From positions 1 to 33,483 of the IMG/VR virus record IMGVR_UViG_3300044723_006431: a DNA stretch of 33,483 bases; one strand, given 5' to 3'. Made by a program: the position numbers and the translations under genes. The notes under the pieces are model-generated. The model saw only the letters and a program-made list of their open reading frames with translations, ran no database searches and had not been told where the DNA came from. Origin of the DNA: a virus. Its lineage: Duplodnaviria > Caudoviricetes. Of this stretch, positions 1 through 8,362 are shown piece after piece; the first letter of the stretch is position 1, and every line of letters begins with the position of its first letter.

Positions 1-46
1 AGTAGAAGATTTTAAAAATACTTATGTTTTATAAAATATTCAAAAT

Positions 47-421
47 TTGTCTGGTATGCTAAAAAGGTTTCCGGTAAAATATATTAGAGATTATTTGAAG
101 AAAAACTATGAAAAACAAGATTTTTGTTACATTTGTAATAGTACAAAAAGTCTTGAATTTCATCATTTATATAGCGTATCTGACTTATTTAATGCTTGGT
201 GCGAGTCTAATAACATAGAAGAAATAACTTCTGTAGATGAGATAGTTAAGTATAGAGAAAAGTTTGAAGAGGACTATTTGTGGGAACTTTCAAACGAAAA
301 TGCTTTAACTTTGTGTAAGACACACCATCAAAGATTACATAATATATTCGGACAAAGATATTCTAACTCATTAGTTCCAAAAGTAAAAAACTGGGTCCAG
401 ATACAAAAGGAGAAATATTAG
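47..421 (+). CDS. HNH endonuclease, similar to the T5-type SciB nicking endonuclease encoded upstream of portal
   Basis: CYIC...LEFHH...LTLCKTHHQRLH zinc-finger/HNH pattern and position immediately before portal, as in T5-like phages. The TTG start at 47 is uncertain; ATG at 56 is an alternative. Confidence 0.8.
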   Translation: MSGMLKRFPVKYIRDYLKKNYEKQDFCYICNSTKSLEFHHLYSVSDLFNAWCESNNIEEITSVDEIVKYREKFEEDYLWELSNENALTLCKTHHQRLHNIFGQRYSNSLVPKVKNWVQIQKEKY

Positions 422-424
422 AAA

Positions 425-1702
425 ATGGCAAGCGAGGTTCCAGCCTGGAGACAGTGGATTTCTGAAAAACTTAACCCTGTACAGCCTTCTATCGCTGCAC
501 AGGAACCTTTTTCAAGCCCAGAAAATATTGTTGATTTCGAACAAGCCTATAGAGAAATCGAGGTTGTTCATAGATCTGTGGACATTATTATTAACGCACT
601 AATCGAGGTTCCTTTACGTATTGAAGGAGGCTCACCTTCCAAAAAAGTAAATAAACTTCTAAATTCTAAGCCTAATCCTTTTGAAGATAGAGTTAGATTA
701 TTTAGAAGAGCCTTTCTAGATTTTTTCTTAGACGGCAACGCTTTCTTTTATTATGATAAAGAAACAGAAGGCGGCGCTTTATACGTAATTCCGGCTAATG
801 ATATGGAAATTGTTCCCGACGAAAGAGCTTTTGTTTCTCACTACAATTACTTATTAAGAAATCAGAGTGAGTCTGATTTATTTGGGTATGGTAAGGCAAG
901 AAAAGCTGAAGCAATTCAATTCCTCCCTGACGAAATTATCCACATTAAGAGTGAAAATGAGGATAGCATTTTCAGAGGGTATAGTAGACTACGTCCTCTA
1001 GAAAGATTATTTGAGTTATATTACTATATGATTAATTTCCAAAGGCAGTTCTTTAAAAATAACGCTGTTCCAGGTTTCGTATTAACTACTGATAATGTTC
1101 TTAGCCAAAAGATTAAATATAGAATTTTAGAAGCTTGGAGACAAAGTTATACAAGTTTATTCAATGGTGCTCGTTCTCCCGCAATCTTAGATGGTGGACT
1201 AAAGATTGATAAATTTTCTCAAGTTAACTTTAATGAATTAGATTTTGAAAATTCCATTGAACGTATTCAACAAGATATGGCAAAAGCTTTAGGTGTTCCT
1301 TATGTCCTATTAAAATCTGGAAACAATGCTAACATTTCTGCAAACCAGGTTTTATTCTATGACCATACGGTTCTTCCTATTCTGGAACAATTTTGTAGTG
1401 CTTTTGCTCATTTCTTCAATAATAATGTTAGCATAAGGCCAGATAAAACTGCTATACTAGCATTACAACCTGATAATAGAACACAAGCTGTGTACTATTC
1501 AACATTAGTTAACACAGGTATAATTACTCCAAACGAAGCTCGCGAAGGACTTAGGTTCCCCACACTTCAAGATGGAGACTCTGATAATATCAGAATTCCT
1601 CAAAATATTACAGGTAGCGCTACAGATGCTACTCAAGGAGGAAGACCTAATTCTCAAGAAGATACTAGTGGGAACGCTAGCACAGAGGAAACTTCACAAT
1701 GA
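425..1702 (+). CDS. Portal protein (HK97/T5 pb7 type)
   Basis: 425 aa; motifs LLNSKPNPF, LDGNAF, EIIHIK, FFKNNAVPGFVL, GIITPNEARE; AAGGAG SD upstream. Confidence 0.95.
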   Translation: MASEVPAWRQWISEKLNPVQPSIAAQEPFSSPENIVDFEQAYREIEVVHRSVDIIINALIEVPLRIEGGSPSKKVNKLLNSKPNPFEDRVRLFRRAFLDFFLDGNAFFYYDKETEGGALYVIPANDMEIVPDERAFVSHYNYLLRNQSESDLFGYGKARKAEAIQFLPDEIIHIKSENEDSIFRGYSRLRPLERLFELYYYMINFQRQFFKNNAVPGFVLTTDNVLSQKIKYRILEAWRQSYTSLFNGARSPAILDGGLKIDKFSQVNFNELDFENSIERIQQDMAKALGVPYVLLKSGNNANISANQVLFYDHTVLPILEQFCSAFAHFFNNNVSIRPDKTAILALQPDNRTQAVYYSTLVNTGIITPNEAREGLRFPTLQDGDSDNIRIPQNITGSATDATQGGRPNSQEDTSGNASTEETSQ

Positions 1703-4700
1703 ATAAAACATTTTATTTAAATAGTTCCCTTGAAACAAAAGGTGTCAAGAGAGATAAAAAATCTCTTAAGATTGCAGGATATGCAAATACTGTCGATAAA
1801 GATCGTTCAGGTGATGTTATTTCTGCCACTGCTTGGGCCAAGGGGGTAGAAAACTATAGAAAAAATCCAGTTCTTCTTTATCAACATGATCATGGTAAGC
1901 CTATTGGTCGTGTAGATAAGGTTACTGTTGATAAAAAAGGTATTTATGTAGAAGCTGCTGTTAGTGAAGCAGCCGAAAAGCTACATGGGGTTCAAACCCT
2001 TATCAGCGACGGAGCACTAAAAAGCTTTAGTGTAGGATTTAGAGTTAAAGATGGTAAATATAACTCTAATGATGATACAATGCTAATTACGGACGTAGAA
2101 CTACTCGAAATTAGTGTAGTCAGTGTTCCTTGTAACCAAGAGAGCTTGTTTAGTATCAGAAAGAATTTTAATTCTGATAACGAATACGAAGACTTTAAAA
2201 AGAGCCTAATGGCTAAAGAACAAAAAAGCAACCACGATGTTAGTGTAGGTGTTACTGCTTATGCAGGACAACATTACCATACTGTTGAGATTGATGAGGT
2301 AGGTAACGGTGTTACCACTTATTGCTCTCACGGTAAGGCACACTTTCATGAGGTTCGAAATTATAAATTACTAGAGGCAGCTACTCCTGTGCCTCACTCA
2401 CATGAAATGGTTTTCTTAGTAAAGCCAAGTGAGCTAAATGATCCACAGGATACAGTAGAGGAAAGGCCAATGTCCCCGTCAGAAGTCATGGTAGGGAATG
2501 GGTCTATGAATCTTTTAGCCGAGTCAGAAACCAGAAAAGGAGAAGATGTAATGGAAGATGAAACCCTAGATACATCTGATGTTTCTGAGAACCCAGTTGT
2601 TGAAGAAGTTAAGGCAGTAGAGGAAGAGGTTGTTGAGGAAACAAAAACAGCCGAAGTCGAAGCTGTAGAAGAAAAAACTTCTGAAGTAATTGAGTCTGAT
2701 CATGCGGAGAAAGAGGAAGAGGATGAGGATATCTCAGTTGATCCTTATGCGCCCATTCCTTTTGTGAATCTTCTTAGTGCAGAAACATCAAGAATTCAGA
2801 ATGGCGATTTTGTAAAGTATGCTAGTAAGAGATGGAAAGTCTCAAAACTAGCAACTGCCCAAAGCCCATTTTTTCAACTTTTAGAAGTTGACTTAAACGG
2901 AGAATCAAGAGATAATAACATTAACGTAGATGCAAAAAATCTATCTGTTGTTAATTCTTGGGACTTAGAAACAAAGTACGACATTGTTCTTACAGAGATT
3001 TCTTCAGATCCTTTAACAGATGCTGATAGAGAGGTTGTAAAATCTGATTTCAATGATCTTGTTAACGTAAGTGAGCAAGACTTATTTGAGCTTAAATCAG
3101 GAAGCCTCACTGAGGAACAACAGGAAAAACTAAACAAAACAATTAACTTAAAGATTGCTCCATTCTCAGAATGGACCGATACAAACTACCAAGTTGCAAA
3201 ACATATGATTAATCAAATTCGTGAACTGAAAGCGATTACATCAGGTGAAGTTGAGGACAACAATGTTGATTTAGCCCTTAAGCTTCACGGTCACAAAAAT
3301 ACAATTAATTCAAAGGAGAATGACACAATGGCGACACAAGATGTTGGTGAACCAATGGTAATTAAAACCGATGCTTCTTCCGATACCCAAGTTGAGGAAA
3401 AGGCAGTTGAAACCGTTAAGGTTGAAGAACCACGCGTTGCCGAACTAATCGAAAAGACTGGTGAGGCAATTATTGCAGAGGGCGACGCAAAGGACAAGAA
3501 GGATTATACCCCTGTTGAGTCCGAAAAGCTCGAAGAGCTACAGGCTGAGATCAAGAAGTATAAAGAGCAGGTTTCTGCCCTTACTCAGTCCAAGATGGTT
3601 TATCAGGAGAACGCACGCCGCGCTTCTGAGCCACAGTTTAACGCTAAGGAGATGACAAACGCTCTAATGCTAGCTAAGGCACTAAACCGTCGCGACCCAT
3701 TCGACACAAAGATGGGTGAGAGAATTAAGGCAGTCACAACTGTTGACCAGTTCCTTTCTAACTTCTCAACAAACGTATACGAAGAGATGGAGCAGCAGCT
3801 AGTTGTTGCACCAATGTTCGATAGAATCCAGGTTGATGCACGTAACTTCCGTGTACCAGTCGCAACAGAAGACACCGATGGTGACGTTGCACAGTTTGCA
3901 AGCGGAACTTTCGCTACCGGCATTGCCGATGGCACAAACGTTCCAACTTCAAACCAGAACACAATCGGCGCTGTAACCTTCACACCTCACAAGTTCATGG
4001 CTACTACACACCTAGCCAAGGATGAGGAAGAGGATACAGTTCTACCACTAATGGACTTCCTACGTCGTTCAGCTACTCGTCGTATGGCCCGCGCCATCGA
4101 CAAGGCTATTCTACGTGGTAACGGAGCCCTATCAGGATTCACAGCTTCCCCAACCAATGCTATCACAGCAGGTGCTGGTTATGCTGCAGTCTTCAAGGGT
4201 CTTGTAACCCTAGCCGACGATATCGCTGGTCTAACCACCGATACAGGCGGTGCAAACGACAAGGCTGATGCTTCTGATATCGCTTCCGCCCGTGCAAAGA
4301 TGGGTAAGTATGGTCTACAGCTAGGCGACCATCTAGTTTATGTAACCTCTGTTGAGGGCTACAACGAGCTAGTTAGCTTCTCAGACTTCCGCACAGTCGA
4401 TAAGTTCGGTCCAAATGCAACATATCTCACAGGTGCAGTTGGTGCCATTTATGGTATTCCAATTGTTATCTCTGAGTTCATGGACAACGTCGGTTCTTCA
4501 GGCAATGAGCTAGGTGTACTTGTTTACAAGCCAGGCTTCATGATTGCCGAGCGTCGTGGCATGGAGATCGAGAGTGAGTACGAACCACGTCAGCAGGTTA
4601 CTGCAATGTATATGAGCACACGCTTTGACTTCAAGGCACTCAGCTCAAACGGCAGTGCAGCCCTTGATGCAACAAACTTTGCTTATGCATCACTAATCCA

Positions 4701-4710
4701 AGCTGGCTAA
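1699..4710 (+). CDS. HK97-family prohead protease fused in frame to major capsid protein through His-rich, acidic, SH3-like and DUF3140-like segments
   Basis: N-terminal ~170 aa: IAGYAN..DRSGD, LLYQHDH (His), LKSFSVGF (Ser), LLEISVVSVPCN. C-terminal ~330 aa is HK97-fold-like (LVVAPMF, ARAIDKAILRGNG, GAIYGIPIVISEFM, TRFDFK). No stop codon between them. Confidence 0.92.
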   Translation: MNKTFYLNSSLETKGVKRDKKSLKIAGYANTVDKDRSGDVISATAWAKGVENYRKNPVLLYQHDHGKPIGRVDKVTVDKKGIYVEAAVSEAAEKLHGVQTLISDGALKSFSVGFRVKDGKYNSNDDTMLITDVELLEISVVSVPCNQESLFSIRKNFNSDNEYEDFKKSLMAKEQKSNHDVSVGVTAYAGQHYHTVEIDEVGNGVTTYCSHGKAHFHEVRNYKLLEAATPVPHSHEMVFLVKPSELNDPQDTVEERPMSPSEVMVGNGSMNLLAESETRKGEDVMEDETLDTSDVSENPVVEEVKAVEEEVVEETKTAEVEAVEEKTSEVIESDHAEKEEEDEDISVDPYAPIPFVNLLSAETSRIQNGDFVKYASKRWKVSKLATAQSPFFQLLEVDLNGESRDNNINVDAKNLSVVNSWDLETKYDIVLTEISSDPLTDADREVVKSDFNDLVNVSEQDLFELKSGSLTEEQQEKLNKTINLKIAPFSEWTDTNYQVAKHMINQIRELKAITSGEVEDNNVDLALKLHGHKNTINSKENDTMATQDVGEPMVIKTDASSDTQVEEKAVETVKVEEPRVAELIEKTGEAIIAEGDAKDKKDYTPVESEKLEELQAEIKKYKEQVSALTQSKMVYQENARRASEPQFNAKEMTNALMLAKALNRRDPFDTKMGERIKAVTTVDQFLSNFSTNVYEEMEQQLVVAPMFDRIQVDARNFRVPVATEDTDGDVAQFASGTFATGIADGTNVPTSNQNTIGAVTFTPHKFMATTHLAKDEEEDTVLPLMDFLRRSATRRMARAIDKAILRGNGALSGFTASPTNAITAGAGYAAVFKGLVTLADDIAGLTTDTGGANDKADASDIASARAKMGKYGLQLGDHLVYVTSVEGYNELVSFSDFRTVDKFGPNATYLTGAVGAIYGIPIVISEFMDNVGSSGNELGVLVYKPGFMIAERRGMEIESEYEPRQQVTAMYMSTRFDFKALSSNGSAALDATNFAYASLIQAG
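3328..4710 (+). CDS. Major capsid protein precursor (460 aa) from an internal in-frame start
   Basis: AAGGAG at 3313-3318, ATG at 3328 (Met544 of the long ORF). Size is close to T5 pb8 precursor (~458 aa). Coiled-coil delta-like region, then IK|AV resembling the T5 maturation site. Confidence 0.8.
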   Translation: MATQDVGEPMVIKTDASSDTQVEEKAVETVKVEEPRVAELIEKTGEAIIAEGDAKDKKDYTPVESEKLEELQAEIKKYKEQVSALTQSKMVYQENARRASEPQFNAKEMTNALMLAKALNRRDPFDTKMGERIKAVTTVDQFLSNFSTNVYEEMEQQLVVAPMFDRIQVDARNFRVPVATEDTDGDVAQFASGTFATGIADGTNVPTSNQNTIGAVTFTPHKFMATTHLAKDEEEDTVLPLMDFLRRSATRRMARAIDKAILRGNGALSGFTASPTNAITAGAGYAAVFKGLVTLADDIAGLTTDTGGANDKADASDIASARAKMGKYGLQLGDHLVYVTSVEGYNELVSFSDFRTVDKFGPNATYLTGAVGAIYGIPIVISEFMDNVGSSGNELGVLVYKPGFMIAERRGMEIESEYEPRQQVTAMYMSTRFDFKALSSNGSAALDATNFAYASLIQAG

Positions 4711-4742
4711 TCTTACTAGCTTTCACATCGTTGAAAACCACG

Positions 4743-4776
4743 GGGGAGGTAGGTGTAATATCTGCCTCCCCTTATT
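4743..4776 (+). terminator. Intrinsic terminator-like hairpin after the capsid gene
   Basis: GGGGAGGTAGGT (4743-4754) pairs with ATCTGCCTCCCC (4760-4771) including G-U pairs; followed by a weak TTATT tail. Confidence 0.75.
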
Positions 4777-4794
4777 ACTAAGGAGATAAAGAAT

Positions 4795-5064
4795 ATGGGT
4801 CAAATAATGGATGACATTACAGATGTTGATAAAGTTATCGCAGAAGGTCTAAAAACAGACGAGGAAATTGAAAACTGGGCTCTTACTCATGGGTATGGTC
4901 CTGGGTTAGTTCCAGCACTAATTGCAGATGTTAATGCAAAACTAAACCCTGCTCCAGCTGCTAAAGCAGCTCCCGCACCAGTTGCACCAAAACCTGTTGT
5001 TAAGGAGGAGCCTAAAGTAGCTACAGCTTCTGCTCCTAAAGTTACAACAACCACAAAGAAATAA
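4795..5064 (+). CDS. Small hypothetical protein with Ala/Pro/Lys/Thr-rich tail, probably head-associated
   Basis: AAGGAG SD, 89 aa, located between capsid and connector genes; low-complexity C-terminus PAPAAKAAPAPVAPKP. Confidence 0.7.
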   Translation: MGQIMDDITDVDKVIAEGLKTDEEIENWALTHGYGPGLVPALIADVNAKLNPAPAAKAAPAPVAPKPVVKEEPKVATASAPKVTTTTKK

Positions 5065-5079
5065 TAGGAGAATATTTTA

Positions 5080-6396
5080 GTGGCAATAGATGATAGCAAT
5101 GCAGGAAAATACCCATACGTAACTCTACCTGTAGTAAAAGACTATTTAAGTATTAATAGTGTTACTCATGATGGTAGATTATCTAATTTGATCAACTATG
5201 CTTGTGGTATAGTTGAACACTATATTGGGTTCGAAGTTCTAGCTAACAATTATAGTGAATCTTTTGATGGGGGAGTAAGTTCTATCTTTGTCTCTCGTCT
5301 TCCTTTAGCTAATGTTTACTCTGTTTATGAGTTTGACGGTACTTCTTATCAAAGTTTAAACTCTCCTTCTTCTGATGGAGGGTTGGTAAGTCTTGATAGA
5401 GACAACCATAATATTAGTGTAGAAGGAAACACTCACATTACTACTAGAGTTAAGAAATTTGGACGTTCTTCTGGCTATTTTAATGGGGCTACTAATTCTG
5501 ACTATTTAAATGCTGTAGGAGGCGATGATTTCTGGTTTGATACTGATGGTTTTACTATTGATGTACAAGCTAGATTTGCTTCCTTCAGCACTACCCAAGT
5601 ATTAGCAGAACAATATGTGGACGCAAGTAATTTATGGCATTTAAAATATGATGCTAGTGAAGGACTCCAGTTTAGAGTTTTAGAGGGGGGAACTGAGACT
5701 ATTAATGTAACTCATAGTAGCACTGCTGGATATAGTGCTAATGTGTTTCATCATTTAGCAGTTTCTAGAAACGGAACTGATTTAAAGTTATTTAGAGATG
5801 GAACTCAGATTGGCAGCACCACTACTGTTGCAAGAACAGTTGATGTTCCTAACTTTGCAGGTGACGTAAATATTGCTCGTTCTGGTGCAGGAAGTAGCTA
5901 CTTTACTGGACATTTAGATGAATTAAGAATTTCAAAATCAGGATACTATACGGCAGCTTTTACTGCTCCAGAATATCAGCATTTAACTGATGATGAGACT
6001 GTACTATTACTACATTTTGAAGGCTCTAATGCTGCAGTAGATATAACTGATACTCACGCGACTCAAGAAGACTTTGTATTCAAGAAAGATAGCGGAGAGA
6101 TTAGTCGTAATGTCGGTTCTGGTGGTGGAAGTCAAGGATTAAGCTTAACTGGACCTAAGCGATTCCAAAACTTCCCAAGAGCTATCAGAGTTAATTATAG
6201 AGCAGGATATGAATCAGGCAATGTTCCTCAAGATTTATCTCTTGCAACTTTAGACTATATCAAACTATTACACAAAGAAGAGCAAGATCGTGCAGGGTTT
6301 TCTCTTGCAGGAGAGTCAGTGGATAGACCTGCCCTAGCAGCAAACTTTCCTCCTCACATTAAACGAGTTTTAGATTTATATAGGATAATTGAATAA
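5080..6396 (+). CDS. Head-tail connector/head completion protein (T5 p144-like) with inserted LamG/concanavalin A-like domain
   Basis: N-terminal YVTLPVVKDYLSI..DGRLSNLI and C-terminal VNYRAGY..VPQDLSLATLDYI..FPPHIKRVLDLY connector motifs flank a LamG-like region (FTIDV, FHHLAVSRNG..LFRDG, FTGHLDELRIS). GTG start with AGGAG SD. Confidence 0.85.
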   Translation: MAIDDSNAGKYPYVTLPVVKDYLSINSVTHDGRLSNLINYACGIVEHYIGFEVLANNYSESFDGGVSSIFVSRLPLANVYSVYEFDGTSYQSLNSPSSDGGLVSLDRDNHNISVEGNTHITTRVKKFGRSSGYFNGATNSDYLNAVGGDDFWFDTDGFTIDVQARFASFSTTQVLAEQYVDASNLWHLKYDASEGLQFRVLEGGTETINVTHSSTAGYSANVFHHLAVSRNGTDLKLFRDGTQIGSTTTVARTVDVPNFAGDVNIARSGAGSSYFTGHLDELRISKSGYYTAAFTAPEYQHLTDDETVLLLHFEGSNAAVDITDTHATQEDFVFKKDSGEISRNVGSGGGSQGLSLTGPKRFQNFPRAIRVNYRAGYESGNVPQDLSLATLDYIKLLHKEEQDRAGFSLAGESVDRPALAANFPPHIKRVLDLYRIIE

Positions 6397-7811
6397 TGGC
6401 TAGAGCCCCTAGGTTAACAGGAGCATCAAAACAGCTGGTTACTGACATTCAAGTTTACTCTGACCGAGTACCTATTGAGCAACACGTAAGAAGATTACAG
6501 AGGTCGGTTGCTCAAAAAGGTAGTCGATCAGAAAGAGATAAAATTAGAAATACTCTTGTTAGAGAAGCCTCTGACTTTTTCGAGACTCAAGGTCCCTTTC
6601 GACCTTTAAGCTCTACTCAACTACAACAATATACCAAGCCAGGATCTGCTCCCGATGCCACAATTAGCTTTCAAAGTGCTATTGAATTATTTGGTGGGGC
6701 AGATGCCTCCCGATTTACAAGAGGTATAGGTAAGACAAGAGCAGATGAAGAGACAATTCCTACAGAATTTAAAACTTTTGCAATAGGTAAGACTCCTTCT
6801 GCTACAACCTTAACAGAACAAACTACTAATATTGATACTAGTTTTATTCCTGGGTTACAGCAAGAATTAGATGAAGGCATTGACCCCAGAAAAACAGCTA
6901 CAGCTTTAAGTGCAGAAGGTGTTAAAAATTGGCTGTTTAGCGGTAATCCCGACGCAGAAGCTTATAAAAACGAAGTCTTAAATATTATAAATGAAAAGAT
7001 TTCTAATTTTGTTTTGTTTAACTATCTAGATAAAGAACATGTAGGTGGGCAGGGTAGAGTACCAAGAATAACTTTTTTTCCTGCTGCTGCAAGAACTCTT
7101 AACATCTCTAGTAAAACAAACTTTGATAAGTATATTTCTGTTTCTCCTGATAAAAGCTCTGCTCGTTATGAAAATGGACAATATAGAGCGAGAATACAGT
7201 TTAAACTATCTGCAGCGGCAGATAGAGCAATAGAAAACGGTGCATTAGATGGTACTAAAAAGATATATGACAGACTAGGTCCTCGTGTTAGCTCTAGGTT
7301 TGTTGAATATGTTTTTAGAAACTTAGGAAGCAAAAAATTATCTATTGAGTTTTTTGAGGAGTTATTATTACTTGCCAGAGAGTTGGACCCAACTAGACCC
7401 GAGACAGCTTTAGTAGTTTCAACAGAGATTCCAAAATTAGCAATGGGAGTAGTTACAAAAGGGGTAAAAAGTGCCTCTTCAACTAGAGAAAGTAGGACTA
7501 AAAATATACAAGATACTATCTCTTCTACTCAGTTAACTGATTCTGTTAGGCGCTCCTTAAGAGCAAGAATGCCAAAGGGCCCAAGGCGAGGACCCGCACT
7601 TTCTCCAAATATTCTCACAAATAGAACAGGCCGATTTATTAATAGTGTTTATACTCAAGTTAGGGGTGACTTAATTCAATATTTCTATAATCCTATCTAC
7701 CAAGTTCACGAGGACACGGCGAGAAATCCCAGTAGAACAGTAGAAGAAAGTATTAGAAATATAACACAACAAAGAGTCGGAAGACAGTTTAACCTTGTAA
7801 AAGGGATATAA
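6396..7811 (+). CDS. Putative tail completion/neck protein (T5 p143-like C-terminus, extended N-terminus)
   Basis: C-terminal LTNRTGRFINSV...YQVHE..RNPSRTVEESIRNI resembles T5-like p143; synteny between connector and terminator. Confidence 0.65.
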   Translation: MARAPRLTGASKQLVTDIQVYSDRVPIEQHVRRLQRSVAQKGSRSERDKIRNTLVREASDFFETQGPFRPLSSTQLQQYTKPGSAPDATISFQSAIELFGGADASRFTRGIGKTRADEETIPTEFKTFAIGKTPSATTLTEQTTNIDTSFIPGLQQELDEGIDPRKTATALSAEGVKNWLFSGNPDAEAYKNEVLNIINEKISNFVLFNYLDKEHVGGQGRVPRITFFPAAARTLNISSKTNFDKYISVSPDKSSARYENGQYRARIQFKLSAAADRAIENGALDGTKKIYDRLGPRVSSRFVEYVFRNLGSKKLSIEFFEELLLLARELDPTRPETALVVSTEIPKLAMGVVTKGVKSASSTRESRTKNIQDTISSTQLTDSVRRSLRARMPKGPRRGPALSPNILTNRTGRFINSVYTQVRGDLIQYFYNPIYQVHEDTARNPSRTVEESIRNITQQRVGRQFNLVKGI

Positions 7812-7844
7812 ATATACTAAAACTACTTATTGAAAATTTATACA

Positions 7845-7873
7845 TTGCAGACACAGAATGGGTTTGCTATACT
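7845..7873 (+). promoter_or_regulatory. Sigma70-type promoter for tail genes
   Basis: TTGCAG (7845-7850), 17-nt spacer, TATACT (7868-7873) with extended -10 TG at 7865-7866 and an AT-rich upstream tract, inside an intergenic gap. Confidence 0.7.
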
Positions 7874-7896
7874 CTATATAGACTAAGGAAAAAAGA

Positions 7897-8349
7897 ATGG
7901 CAAATAGTCGTCGAAGAGACATTGTAAACTTCCTTGTCACTGAATTGAAAAAAATTAACGGATCGACTTCTACATTCGATGCTTCTTACACTTACAACTT
8001 TGATTTAGCTAATAATGTTTTTAGACAACTAAAGTTTATTGATGAGGTTAATGATTTTCCTGCTATATACTTAGCAGCAGGAGTAGAAAATAGAGACTAT
8101 CAATCTCAAGGTTTAACATTAGCTCTTCTAACTATTGTAATACGTTGCTATATTAAGCAAGAAGAAGCACAGGACGGACTTGAAAATCTAATTGATGATG
8201 TTGAGCATGTTATTTATGGAATTACTACTCAGTCGGACAAAGGATTATTACAACTAAGTATCTCAAATATATCAACAGACGAAGGGCTGATCGAACCATA
8301 TGGTATCGGAGAAGTCTTTGTAAATGTTGAGTATGAATTAGAAAATTAA
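7897..8349 (+). CDS. Tail terminator protein (T5 p142-like)
   Basis: 150 aa; LKFIDEVNDFPAI..AG.E.R.YQ, LENLIDDVEHVI, ISTDEGLIEPYGIGEV; directly precedes the tail tube gene. Confidence 0.8.
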   Translation: MANSRRRDIVNFLVTELKKINGSTSTFDASYTYNFDLANNVFRQLKFIDEVNDFPAIYLAAGVENRDYQSQGLTLALLTIVIRCYIKQEEAQDGLENLIDDVEHVIYGITTQSDKGLLQLSISNISTDEGLIEPYGIGEVFVNVEYELEN

Positions 8350-8362
8350 AGGAGCTTTAAGA

